Positions 43,744 through 56,744 of a stretch of DNA of 64,000 nucleotides are shown here, piece by piece. The stretch is from contig JALGPX010000045.1 of the NCBI GenBank assembly GCA_023515795.1, forward strand, positions 1 to 64,000, given 5' to 3'. Numbering within the stretch: the stretch's first letter is position 1; each line of letters opens with the position of its first letter. The stretch comes from Amoeboaphelidium occidentale (lineage: Eukaryota). Made by a program: the position numbers and the translations under genes. The notes under the pieces were generated by a model. The model did no database searches. It saw only the letters and a list, made by a program, of their open reading frames with translations, and was not told the origin of the DNA.

Positions 43744-46700
43744 CTAAAGAACATTCTCGGTTGCGCGTGTGCCAAAGAATAGTTTCTCAGTAGTGCCTAC
43801 GGCTTCATCACCCTTTTTGACAAGCTTATACAATTTTCCCAGTCGGTTTTCATAATGCTGAATTATCTTCTTCATCTGTGCTTCGCTTACAACTTTACCA
43901 TTCTTCTTTAACTCATGGCTGTTCGCCAGAATCCCGTAAGCAGTATGATCATCAACAAGATTCTTGTCATTGTCATTAAGTCTGGAGTGAATATTTTCCT
44001 GACTCTGTCGCATTGACTGAGCTTGAGATAGAGTTGCAATCTTCTCTTCTAGTCTCATTATCACATCTTGGTTACTCATTAATTCTTGATCAACATCATG
44101 GAGTTTTTTCTTGTAGAACTGACGACTAAGTTCGTATTTCTTTAGTTGCTTCTTCAATTTCACAACTTCTTCCTGAGCAGCTGAATCTGTTGAGCTAGTT
44201 ACTTGAGTTGTGGCGTTCGAGTAAGATTTGACGGAATTGATGAAAGTTTGACATTGTTTCTCCTTAACATCAGGTCTGGTTTGCAATGCAGCATCTCTGG
44301 TTGAAACTACTTTGGATGCTCTTTGCTGCAAATCTTCAAACTGTTCATTCTCAAGTTTTTCGATTCTTTTTCTGAGAACTTCCTGTCCCGACTCGACTTC
44401 TTCCAATTGAATGAGCAGCTTTTCATTAGTAAGTCTCAAAGAGGTCAACTCTTGGTTCTTTTCCAGAATAGATTGCTGAGCCTTTGACAAGCTTGACCTT
44501 AAATCTTCATTCACGGTCTCCAAATCAGAAATCAAAGCTTCGTTGTTTTCAAGAAGTTGTTTCATTTCAGAGTATCCCTTCTCAGCCTGGTCTCTGACAG
44601 AGCTGTACTCGCCTTGGTACTTTTGAAGTTCTTCATTCAGAATCTCAATCTTTTGAATCTTTTCCTCCGTGGACTTCTTTTGCTCTTCCAATTGAACTTT
44701 CAATATGGCAAGTTCGCCTCCGTTTAATTCTAGCTTCTCACATAAGGCTTGCTTCAACAATTTTGTCATTGAGTGAAGCTGGATCATGTTTAAATTGTCA
44801 GAGGCATCAGATGGAATACTCTCAAGAGTCTTCAAGTCAGTTGTTAGCATGTCACAAATTGTTCCATAAGTGAGCTTCAAGTAATTATTGAACTCATTCT
44901 TGCTGAACGCAGAGTTATTGGTCATAGATTCGATTTCTTTGGCTTTGAGAGTAAGGTTCTGTTCATATATCTCAAGAGTGGATTCCAAACTGCGATTGCT
45001 CTTAGCGTACTCTTCAATCAAAACTTTGCTCTCGATCAGATTAACTCGCACAGAATGGAGTTCAGAAGACAAGGTCTTGATTTGAACTTCTTTTTCATGA
45101 ACATTTTCATTCAATATCTTAATTTCCGAAGCAAGAGCCTCAGTTTCCGTATTTAAGTCCCTTTTCAGAAGTTCCACATCTTTGTTTAGCAGCGCCTTTT
45201 CTTTTTCTATATCCTTGACCTGTTGCTGAAGATTCATATTCTCCTTGTTTGAAGTATCTAACTCTGTTTTAGTTTCAGTCAAAGCCTTTGAAGCGTTGTC
45301 CAGATCACTTTCCAATGCCTTGATCTTCATGGATAACTCTTCCACAGCCAACTGCTTTGCTGCAGACAGATCCTCAACATCCAGCTCCAAAGACACCCGT
45401 TTTTCATCAAGCTCAGATACTTTGGACTTCAATCCTTCTAAAATTTCCTCGGATTGTGCTAACTCGTAAGACTTGGTCTTATTCTCTTCTTCAAGCGCTG
45501 TGATTTTTGTCTGAAGTTCTGAGATTCGCTCTTGAAGACTAACGATAAACTGTTCTTTTTCGGAATGCTTGCGACAAGCATCATCCTGGGCAGCACTCAA
45601 GCCTGCTGATTTGCTCTCCAATTCATGAATCAATGCCAACTTCGTTTGAAGATCAGATCGAAGTCCGGATACGGTTTCATTCAATGATTTCAATGTGGAT
45701 TCTCTTTCATCCAACAATGTCTTCGTCGAATCAAGTTCAGCATGATACGTATCTGATTGCAACTTTTCTTCTGCTAGCAGCTTTTCGATACTTTCAGTAA
45801 TGTCATGAAGCTCTTCACATTCTTTCTTTGAGGCTTTCAATTCTTTTTCCGAAATAGACAATTTTTGTTGCAACTCTTCTTTCTCTTTGATCGCATTGCT
45901 TAATTCAGTTTTGTTACTTGTCTGGGAATTCTCAAGATCAGTTACAAGCAACAAAAGCTCTTCTTCCTTCTTCAAAGATGTTTCTAACTCAGAACTCAGC
46001 TTATCGACTTCAGAAGTAAGCTTAGCAACAGTGTTTCTTTCTTCTTGCAAAACATTCAATGAATCTTCAAGGCGAGCCTCTAATTCGGATCTCTCGTTCA
46101 TAAACGCAAATTGAATCTCTTCAAGCTCATTTAGCTTTCCTTCGTATTCGCTAATGAGATTTTCTTTCTCATTCTTCAACGTCTTAGCTCTTTCCTTCTC
46201 AGCATCATACTTCTCAGCCAACAGAACATTTTCCTCCACAAGATCCGTGCTTTCTTTCCTCATTTTTTGAACCTGAGATTGTATCATCTTCATCTTGTGT
46301 CCAGTCAATGTTTCAATTGTGTATTCAAAGGCTTTGAGCTTTCCGAGAATACTAACAGAGAAAATCTTCGCTTTCTTTGTAAATTCGCTAAGCAGATTAT
46401 CTTTTAAAGTTAGACATGTAAAGACACTTACTCAGTAGGTATTGAATCATTTCCTGGCTGTGCATCATAGCTTTCTTTGACATGATCGATTCTTCCTCTG
46501 CAGAATATTCTTCCTGGAAGAGCTGCGCTTCAAGATTATTGCATCTTTCTGACAGAGCAGTGTTCTGCGAGTAAACTGTTCTTAGCTCAGACTGATAATG
46601 ACCTGTATAAGTCTTTACTTTGGCTGAAATCATGTTCTTCATGTGAGATAGTTTAGTCCTGTAGACTTCAACCAATGATTGCATTTCAGTTCTAGCATCT

Positions 46701-48919
46701 TGAACCATCATTTTAGCTTCATCAAAATTCATTTCACGTGTCGAAACAAGCTCTTTTAGGACCAACAAGCCCTCATTGATATTCTCAAGATTGACAGTCT
46801 CTGGCTTGCCCATAAAACGAGCAGGAGAAGACGGTCTCTCAATATTTGCGAGACTAGAAGCGCATTCTTTAACTTTGCTTGAGTAAGTGACAAAATTCGA
46901 GATAATGGAAGCAGACTCTTGAATCTTCGACTTGAAAACTTCCAAGTTTTCTGAAAGTTCAATAATCTTTGCATCTTTCTCATCAAGCGACGAAGCGTTA
47001 GTAGAAGCTAGCAAGTCAACGCGAGAGGAAAGCGCAAGACGTTCCCTGTTCAATGAGTCGATCGATTCTTTGTTGAGGTGCAAAGTATCTGTGAGCTTGG
47101 TAGCTTTGTTTTCGAGATTTGATAACTTTTCTTCGACCTTGGAGCTCAAAGACTCAGCTGCACCAATTCTCTGATCATATTCTTCTTTGGTTGACTGATA
47201 AGATGCCAACAATGAAGAAACATTTTCTAAACAGCGGCTTTCCATGAGTTGATTCGACTTTTCAACGATTGCAGCGTACTTTGTAGAAATAGAGGTGATC
47301 TCTTTCTTCATGTTCTCGTACTTGTTGTTAATTTCTAAGTGCTGTCTCTTTGACGCTTCGAGTTTCTCCTCGCATTGCTTCAAGTCCTTCTTAGCCAGCT
47401 CGTGCTTCTGCTGACTTGAATATAAATCATCTTTCGTTGCATCCAATTCCGTTTGTAACTCTTTCACAGTATCCATTGACATTTTAGTTCTTTCCTTCAT
47501 CTCGTTAGAAAGCTTCTCAATCTCCAATTCTAAAACAGTTTCTTGTTTTTTGAAACTCTCTACAATTTGCTCAAGATCTCTAATCTTTCGAGTGTAATTC
47601 AACTCCAACTCTGTGGTGCTCTTTGAAGATGACAATTCTGCTTGTTTCAACTTGAACTTCAATGAATTCAATTCAGCTTCATGGGTAGCAATTTTCTCTC
47701 TCAAAAGAGCCAATTCATCACTGTGTGATTGCTTCAACTGCATTTCTTTTGAATGGAAATCTTCTTGCTGAGCATCAATCTTTTGCATGAGTTCCTTGTT
47801 CACGTTCTCCGCTTTCTTAAACAATTCTTCCTGCTTTTTAGATTGCAAAGTCAAAATTCTTATTTCTCTTTCTTTTTCATTGATAACATCCTTGAGTGAA
47901 GACACTTCTCTTTGCATACTGAAACTAACATCGATGCTTTTTGCGTCAAGGTTGGCAATTCGCTTTGCATCAATATCAGCCTCCAACATCTTGACAGAAC
48001 GTTGCAAGGAAGAGATTGTGTTGTCTTTTTCAGCTATACTATGCTTCATACTCTTCAAGACTTTTGCATTTTCTAACAGTTCTTTCTGTACTTTGGCCAT
48101 GTTTTCCTTGTACTGTTTGATCTCTACAGAGTAAGCATCAAGAGACGCTGTCAACTTCTCCACATCAGAATTCTTCTTTTGATTTTCAGATTGCAATTCC
48201 TTAATTTGAAGGTCCTTAGTATCTAAAGCACGCTGCAACTCTTCTTCTACCTTCTTGCTGTGACCACTGTCCTTGAACATACCAAGAGATTTCGATCTGA
48301 TAGACTCAAGCTCGCTTCGAAGGTTAACAACATCTTGGCGTAACCTTAGCAAATCCGAATCCTTTTCATTTAACAAATTTACATACTTTTGTTCCGTTGC
48401 TTCTGAAACACCAATCAGAATCTTCAAATCCTCAACAACACCTTCCAAGACTTCTTCCATATTCTGCTCATACTGAGCTGCTTCTTCATACACAAACGGC
48501 TGAGGCCCAAATAAAACCAACGATTCTTTTGACGGAGATTCCGGTGACTGTCGCAAACTCTTTGAGAACGTTGCTAACTGACTGAGAAGTTCCAGCGACT
48601 TTGTAGAAACTGCTCGCTTCAGCTTGAAGTTGTCAACACTTTCTGTAGATTTAAACCCTTCCCGAGACTGAAGCATTTCCTTTAATTGAAGATTCTCATC
48701 ACTCAGAGCGTTTATAACTGCTTCATAGTCCGAAATTATAAGTTTGTTGGTCTCATTCTTCTTTTGGAGGGTTGAAACTTTTGTTTCTATCTGAGTGAGC
48801 CTCGTCGTAGGAGTAGTGGAGCGCTGTTGCTGTTGTTGTGGCGAATGTTGTCGAGAGGAACTGCGGCCTTTTGAGGGGCTGAAGTCCGTTGAAAGTGTTG
48901 CGTTTGAATGTTCAGCCAT
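43744..48919 (-). CDS. Very large (~1700 aa) coiled-coil protein
   Basis: A 31-nt intron (46431-46401; GTAAGT...CTAAC...AAG) joins the 847-aa and 854-aa ORFs in frame. Confidence 0.8.
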
Positions 48920-49256
48920 TCGTCGTCGATGTTGAAACAAACTTTAGCGGAGCGGTGGTCGTTGGCCACAGGGCACAGCGGCGCAAGTTTCTGAGGATTT
49001 ATGGTTATGAGGGTATCCGATTAGAGGGCTAATAGCGTCATAGCATGTATCGACTTGAAACAATTGTCAAAGCCCGCTGACTCTAATGCTAATAGCAATC
49101 TAGCTTGCTCAATTAGCGCGTAATACTCCTCAGTCCTCATTGATCTTCCTGCAACTTCTTGAAACATCATTTTTAAGCCAAGCTAAGAGATTTACATTCC
49201 TGCTCAAACTGTTTCAACTGTTTTCCTTCTAGTAAACAACTGAAACCGTTCCGTAA

Positions 49257-52200
49257 ATGGGTAAATTAGTCCGCCTGGAATTAGAAAACTTCAAGTCTTA
49301 CAAGGGCCATCAAGCTATTGGTCCCTTTTCAACATTCACATGTATTATTGGCCCTAATGGTGCAGGTAATTTCCCTAATTGTTGTTGTTTCAAGCTGATT
49401 TCCGGCAAGGCAAGAGCAATCTCATGGACGCAATAAGTTTCGTTCTTGGTATTCAGAGTTCTGTTCTAAGAAGCAAAGAGTTGAAGGATTTGATTTATCG
49501 TTCCGGTTCTGAAGAAGGTTCTGAAGAAGTCAATGATGTTGATAGCGACGGGTGTTACGTTATGGCTGTTATTGAAGATTCCGATGAGGAAAATCGTGAG
49601 CGTTTCTTTAAAAGAAGTATTCTCAAGAGCGGATCAAGCGAGTACCGCATCGATGGTCGCGTGGTGTCGTTTGATCAATACAAAAAAGTTCTGGCTGGAA
49701 TGCGACTGTTTGTGAAGAGTCGTAACTTTCTGGTGTTTCAGGGTGACGTTGAAGCAGTAGCATCGCAAACAGGTTTGAAATTAACGAAAATGTTTGAAGA
49801 AATATCCGGTTCAGAAGAGTATAAACAGGAATATGATCAACTGAAGGAAGAGATGGAAAAGGCTGCAGAGAATTCAGCTTTTAATTTCAACAAGAAGCGC
49901 GGCATTCAGAGTGAATACAAGCAATGCAAAGAACAGAAGGAAGAAGCTGAAAGATATGAAAGCATGGAGAAGGAAAAAGCGTCTCTGTTGGTGAAGACAA
50001 ATCTGCTTCAAATGTACAAATTGCAAGAAGAACGTGAGAATTTGGTTCAGAAGATGAAAGAGAAACACAAAGAATTGAATGAACACAAGGAAAACAAAAA
50101 AGTATTGGAGGATGAGATTTCAAATAAGAAAAAGGAAGACGGGAAGGAACATAAGAAATACTTGCAGAAAGAGAAGCAGTTGAAGGCTAAAGAGGAGGAT
50201 TTATCAAAAGCAAGAAGAGTTGTCATTGATCAAGAAGAGCAAGTGTCATACTCCAGCAAGAGGCTCAAAGAATTACAGGATGCAAAAGTGAAACAAGAAA
50301 CAAAGATTGCAAAGTTGGAAGCAGATATCGTAGAATTGCAGAAAGAGTCTAAGCAAGTCGAAACTGCTAAAGGAAAGTATGAAAAAGAATTACAAAAGCA
50401 ACTTCAAAATGCTGAAATGACACCTGAAGTCAAGGCAGAGTATGATGAACTGAAGCAAGTATTGTACAACGAGACTAAAGAAGAAAGAGCTCAGCTAGAT
50501 GAATTGAAACTCGATGAAAAGAAGCTGGAGATTGAAGTTGCAGCAAAGAAGCGAGAGATTGAGCAAATCAACCAGAGAATATCTTTCCTGGAGAACAAAG
50601 AAAAGATTGAGTTGATAGAGAGAAAGGATGAATTAGAAGCTTTTGTAAAGAAGACTTTGGCATTGCTTCAGGAGAGTGGAAGCCAATTGCAAGATTGCGA
50701 GAAGAATCTTAAGAAAGCAAGACAAACAGAAAAGGAAGTCGAAGAGCGTTTAAAGAATGTCTATGAAAATTTGAATAATTACAAGCATGAAATGAAAACC
50801 AGTGAAAGAAAGAAGAGATTCTTGGAAGCTGAAGAATCTATGAAGAGACTATTTGGCAGTGAGAATGTTTTCGGGAGACTTGTTGAGTTAGTTAGACCTC
50901 GTTTGAAGAAACATGATCTAGCTATTCAGACACTTATGGGCAAACATCTTGATAGCATTCTTGTTCGAGATGACAAGGTTGCCATGGAATGCATTGAATT
51001 TTTAAAACAACACAGAATTCCTCCAATGACATTTATTCCAGTGAATTCAATAGTTGTGAAACCTATTCAAGAAAAGTACCGCAGTTTGCCAGGTTGTAAA
51101 ATGGCATTTGATTTGTTGGACTTTGATGAGATGTATCAAAGTGCAGTGATGTACGCTTGTGGCAATGCTATTGTTTGTGATACTTTGAATGTTGCAAGAG
51201 ATATTTGTTATAACAAGCAACAGAAAGTTAAAGCGGTAACTTTAGATGGAACAGTTATTCACAAGAGTGGAATAATCAGTATCAACCCTTTCGCAAATGG
51301 ACAAGGTGAAGTATCAGCTATAAGTAAATGGGACTCTAGTGATTTGGAGAAGCATATTAAGCTGAAGGACCGTTTTGAGAATGAACTTCAAGAACTTTCA
51401 AAAGAAATGAATCAACTTGAACGTCAAAAGAAGAATCTGAGTGAGTTTGTTACAAGTGAAGATTTGAAGAGAAAGAGAGCTGAAGATGAATTGACAATTG
51501 TTTTGTCTAAGATCACGTCTATTGAGAATGAATTAAATAATAGTTTGCGTGTAGTTCTAGAAAAGGAACAGAAAGCGTTGACTGAATTGGAAGGCAGTAA
51601 AAGCTTTGTGATTGCAGCGGAATTGCATGAACTTATTGAATCCAAACGAGCAGTTGTTTACAAAGACTTTATGAGAAAGCATAAGCTAAAGCAGTTACCT
51701 AATGATGATGAAGCCGGTGTAGTAAATGAGTCGAACAAGAGATTGCTCGAGTTCCAAAATCAGATCGATTTATTACACAGCCAGTTGCAGTTGCTTCAAG
51801 GTCAGCTGGAAAATCACCATGAAAAGATCCAAAAAATCAATGACCAATTGAGAACTATTGATGTCGGTACTTCTGAAAAGGAGCTAGAGTCTGCTAAATC
51901 TAGCTTGAAGTCTATTCTGGATGATGTTGAAGAACTGAAGAAGGAATTAAAGAATCCTAAACGAGAAGCTGTCTTGGCTGAAATCAAAGAACTTAAACGT
52001 GCAGTTTATGGCTGTTCAAAAGCAGTGGAAGAATGTGAGAAGGAGATTGCAATCATGGAAGCAAGAACAGACAGAATCAAAGAAGACTTGACCTCTTCGC
52101 TGAAGAATTGTGAAATGGAAGAAATCTCCGTGAAGCATGAACAAACTAAAGATGGTGATGTCATAATTGACTTTTCTTTGATATCTGGCTTATTGGAAGA

Positions 52201-52948
52201 AGATGAAGAATCTCTCGTGGAATTGATCAACAAGTATGAAACAAAACTCAGACAATTGATTAGTCAAATGGAAGCAATGGCTCCTAATCTGAAGGCTATT
52301 GATAAACTGACTGATGTCCAAACAAGACTTGAGAACACTTTGAAGGAGTGTGATGAGAGCAGAAAAGATGTCAAAGCTTTGCGTGATCGGTTCCTTGTTG
52401 TAAAGACGAAACGTTATGAACTATTTATGGCTGCTTTCAACCACATCTCAGGAAAAATTGATCACATTTACAAGGAACTAACAAGATCAAGAAGTTATCC
52501 AACAGGAGGAACAGCCTACTTAACCCTCGAAAGTTCAGAAGTAAGTCAAATCTTGTTTCAATGATATTTAACTACTTCTTCTGTTTAGGAACCCTATCTC
52601 CACCCCATAAAGTACCACGCTATGCCTCCAATGAAACGTTTCAGAGATATGGAACAATTGAGTGGTGGAGAAAAGACAATTGCTGCTCTTGCTCTCCTGT
52701 TTGCCATCCACTCTTTCCAACCATCCCCATTCTTTGTTCTGGATGAAGTAGATGCTGCTCTTGATAATGCAAATGTTATGAAGATTGCAAGATATGTCCA
52801 AGAACATCATTCACAAGAGTTTCAGTTCATTATGATCTCTCTAAAGAATTCACTCTACCAAAAAGCAGATTCCCTAGTTGGTGCATACCGTGATGTACCA
52901 GAGAAGAGCAGCAGAACTGTTACATTGGACTTGAGTGTATATGATTAA
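49257..52948 (+). CDS. SMC1: Cohesin subunit SMC1
   Basis: [30 protein letters not shown] (intron 49366-49409), FLVFQGDVE, hinge, [31 protein letters not shown] (intron 52541-52588). Confidence 0.97.
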
Positions 52949-53191
52949 AGTTAATAAAGAGGTTATCTGAACTAAATCGCTAGCTCAATTGCGTAAGTAT
53001 GACTAGGTAGTAACTACCCAAAAGCACACGCAGGAAGATATTAACCTTTCGTGGTTCGAAACAATCTCGTATACACTGAAACGAGTCAACTTCTAGGGAG
53101 ATCAAGCTACATTCCTGAGCAATTGCAGCAACCTTCCTTTTTACGGGCGTCATCCAATCAGCTTTAGATCGACATTGTTCGTCGTCATTTG

Positions 53192-53218
53192 CATCATCAT
53201 CATCATCATCATCATCAT
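53192..53218 (+). repeat. (CAT)9 microsatellite upstream of the bZIP gene
   Basis: Direct read. Confidence 0.95.
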
Positions 53219-53405
53219 CGTCGCACCGATCACAAACTCAACAATTTTTTCTTCTGCAATTTGACAGCAACAGCGAAAACCAAAAGAAAACTCGAAGCCT
53301 TTTCAGAGTAGAGGGAACTTAAACAGCAGCAGTTTACTATTTATCTTTTACTATTCTATTTTTACCCAATTTCCTGCCACAAAGCGTTAAGAAAAGAAGA
53401 AGGAA

Positions 53406-54190
53406 ATGTCTGTTACTCAAAAGCAGCAACAGCAACAGCAACAACAAGAAAAAGACAAACTGCCAATAGTTGGATTCCTGGATACACTCGCAGCAGTTGC
53501 GTCGATCCAAGAGCGAGCCGACACTCTGGTAAGACTCGACCATGTGGATGACTAAAATGTTTGGTATAGCAAATACAATTACAACAACAAGAAGAACAGC
53601 AGCCTCAGCAGGATACTTGTAGAAACTCATCCTCAAGTAGAAATTATGAAAAGGGATCTTCCATTAGCTCTGGGGGAAGTGTAGTTACAGAATCCATTTC
53701 TGCTCAATCATCGTCAATGAACACAAATTCTTCTGCTACAGCTGGAATGGACCACCAACAAGGCTTTATTTCTAATGACACAATCACCCCTTCAGAGTCT
53801 GCGTCGAATGTCTCTAATGGAATGTTTCTTAATAATCTTCCCAGGTATCAGTCATCCTTAGCTGCTGCATCAAAGAATGGTGGTGGTGGTGGTGGCAGGA
53901 CAACGTTAACTCCAATGATACAATCCACTTGTATAAATTCTAATGCTGCTGCTAATGAGTATGATCGCATTCTACAATCAGAAGAACGCAGAAGATTACG
54001 AAATCGCGAGGCTGCTCAAAGATACCGACACAAACAAGTGGAACGAATGGATGAATTGGAACAGCGCATACATCAATTGGAGCAGCAGAATGAGGAGATG
54101 CGGCATGAGCTTTTGGGATTGGAACAAATAAAAGAAGAAATGGAAGAAATTCTAAAGAAACGAAGCACAAATTGTATTCATAATAAATGA
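53406..54190 (+). CDS. bZIP transcription factor (ATF/Fos-like basic region)
   Basis: RRRLRNREAAQRYR plus leucine heptads; intron 53529-53569 links an upstream polyQ exon (MSVTQKQQQ...FLDTLAAVAS) in frame. Confidence 0.85.
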
Positions 54191-54193
54191 TTA

Positions 54194-54894
54194 TTACTTT
54201 CTCTTCATTCTCTGCAGACAAGTAGCGCAGTACCACGTGCCTGTAGGTGGAGCATCCAAGCCTACGCACTACAAAACAACATCAGATCATACCGAGAAAA
54301 AACATGAAAGTCTTACTGTAATGTGAAACCAGACGTATGGACACTTGTCTTCATTGTCGCACATGACCATCTCGCCGAATGAAGGTTGTTGACAGAAGCA
54401 GTACCGTTCCAAGTCGCCGTCTATAAAATTGTAAGTGGGAGGTCGTTGTAATTACCATAAGAAGATGCGCTTGAGTCTGAGGATGTTTCTATGAGTTTCA
54501 TTGAGCTATTTACTCCGGATACTGATGCAGCAGCTGCAGTAGAGCTTTGTAAGTAATTAGAATACTCTGTTCCACCACCAGAAGATTTCATTAATAATTC
54601 CATTAGTTTCCTGTCGTGCTTTTGTATCAATTCCACCAGTCTTTCGCTAAGGACGCACTTCTCTTCTGATACTCTCCTGGCATCCTCATAAACACTCTTT
54701 ATCTTTCCCATTAAATCATCTTTACCGTTACCGTTCCCACTACTGGAAGATATAAACTCCTTTTGTAAATCTGATAGTTCTCTGCGTAGTTTATAAAAGG
54801 CATCGTCTCTGGTCTTAATTTCTATTAAATGGTTCTGTACTTCTGTCGGCAGCGAGTCGATGGATTCCAGAAATTCTTCCAAGTAAACTGCCAT
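54194..54894 (-). CDS. ING family PHD-finger protein
   Basis: [20 protein letters not shown]-domain; introns 54455-54421 and 54316-54269 give [36 protein letters not shown]...WYCATC. Confidence 0.93.
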
Positions 54895-54918
54895 TCAAAA
54901 GTGATTGAAAAAAGATAT

Positions 54919-55483
54919 TCACAAGGAATTGAGTTTCCAACAAGGAATCTCCCTGGATTTCAACTTTAAATTATTTTTGAATGCTGCATCTTTCCATTGT
55001 GGTTGCCTTCCAAGACTTTGGTACATGAAGTCAAAATTTACAGTTGCACCATGTTGGTTCACTTGGTCCATCGTCTCTGGACACCATTTGTTTTGTGAGG
55101 TACAAACATCTGCGACTTTAACTTTAATTGTATTCAACTGAGGTCTGATATCGCTGTCAATTGCGCCAACTACTTGAATAACGTAGCATTTACCACACAT
55201 TGGGTTTATCTCGCCTGGTATATGTGGTCCAAACATGTTCTCGCTAACAGCAACCAAAGGAAATCTACTATTTTCCGCTTCTTCCAATGTAGTGCCGCAG
55301 TCTATAAAGTAAGTATAATACATCAAGAAAAAGGTTACATGTTGTTGGGTTAGACATGAAGCTAAACGGTCTGTACCATGTTCCTGTCGCGGTGAAAACT
55401 TTGTTGGCTGAAGTTGAATCAGCAACAGGTTTGGCAATAGCGAAAGTTAATAAAGTAGTAGCAATTAATAGAAATTGTTTCAT
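54919..55483 (-). CDS. Secreted double-psi beta-barrel protein (GH45 endoglucanase / expansin-like)
   Basis: Signal peptide MKQFLLIATTLLTFAIA; intron 55338-55302; T.Y, YCG, VAVS, CGKCY, VKVADVC, WC, N.HG..VNFDF. Confidence 0.8.
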
Positions 55484-55813
55484 GATGATAATATCGTGAA
55501 AAAGCGTGGAATTATGACTCCTTTTATCCCGTTTCGAGCTCTGCTGTATCGTGCATATGATTGGTCCATCTCTGATCAGTGAGATACACTGCATCCTTTG
55601 TGATAAAATGGGATGCAGCCCAGTAAGAGTGCCGCATTAAAAAAATTTCGTGACAGTGAAGAGTCTAACTCGAAGACTCTCTATTAAACTGGGCCCTAAT
55701 TCATGCTTCAAACCTGTCGTATTCGATTGATTGATTGATTACACGCAGTTTCAGGAAGGTTACACTAATTGGTTTCAAACACGGCTCAACATTACGATCA
55801 CATTGTTATTTAA

Positions 55814-56734
55814 ATGACATTAAAACCGGAGCAGAAATTGCAGGTACGCACTAAAGATTCTTCAGGTGGTGGTGATGGCAAGCGTCCGAATCCTTTGGGC
55901 AAGTTTTTGCATTTGGCTGCTATTCAGCTGGAATCTATAGCAACACCTCTAGCTTCACCAAATACGCTGAAAGAATTTGATAGGGTTCGTGAAGAGTTGG
56001 TGCATGTTTCACCTGTTGAACGTCCAAATGTTGTCAAGGCTAGTCCTGTCAAAGAAGGCAAGAGATTGAATGAAGTAGCAAATGAACTAAGAAACATGAG
56101 TATCGATTCTCGACTACAAAAGGTTACAAAATCTCGCAGGAAATCACGACCAAAATCATGTCCATCTTCAATATCATTGAAGCGAACACATCCAGCACGA
56201 CCAGAAACATTCCAACAAGTTGTTCTGTCAAAAGTTCAAATGGCATACTTTCTATCTTATCTAATTCAGGAAAGATGTTATGAAATGATATTGTTTTACA
56301 TTGATACCACAACTTATGAATCTCAATACGCAGAGAGTTCTTTGAAAGAAGTCAAAAGAGCACTGCGAAGGATCAAGCACACATACTTTGATAGCAGCAG
56401 CTCACTTGAAGTTAATATCAGCATGCAAGGAAAACGTATCACTTTGGAGCGTATAAAACAGTGTATTCAAGAACACGAAAGGGTCAATAATAATGTCTTT
56501 GAGTTGGCAAAGAAGGAAGTATTGGCAAGTTTGGAAGATTCTTACAGAAAATTCAAACGTACTCCATTATTTGAAAGAATGTGCAAAGAATTTAATGCGG
56601 AGAACCGTTATGATTTAGCTGCAAAGTGTTTGTGTGAATGTAATACAAAAGGTTCTGATGATGCAAAGGGTGTTATTGTGAAGTATTGTTCAAAGAAGTT
56701 AAATGTTGAAGTTGACAAATCTCTATTAAAATAA
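55814..56734 (+). CDS. RGS domain protein
   Basis: YFLSYLIQERCYEMILFY, I..TYFDSSSSLEVNIS, VFELAKKEVL..LEDSY.KF..TP.F. Confidence 0.85.
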   Translation: MTLKPEQKLQVRTKDSSGGGDGKRPNPLGKFLHLAAIQLESIATPLASPNTLKEFDRVREELVHVSPVERPNVVKASPVKEGKRLNEVANELRNMSIDSRLQKVTKSRRKSRPKSCPSSISLKRTHPARPETFQQVVLSKVQMAYFLSYLIQERCYEMILFYIDTTTYESQYAESSLKEVKRALRRIKHTYFDSSSSLEVNISMQGKRITLERIKQCIQEHERVNNNVFELAKKEVLASLEDSYRKFKRTPLFERMCKEFNAENRYDLAAKCLCECNTKGSDDAKGVIVKYCSKKLNVEVDKSLLK

Positions 56735-56744
56735 TATTTTTTGT

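Noticed and set aside
55844..55865. 22-nt GT...CTAA...CAG mini-intron in the RGS gene
   Set aside because: Shorter than all supported introns, and removal would shift an already open frame
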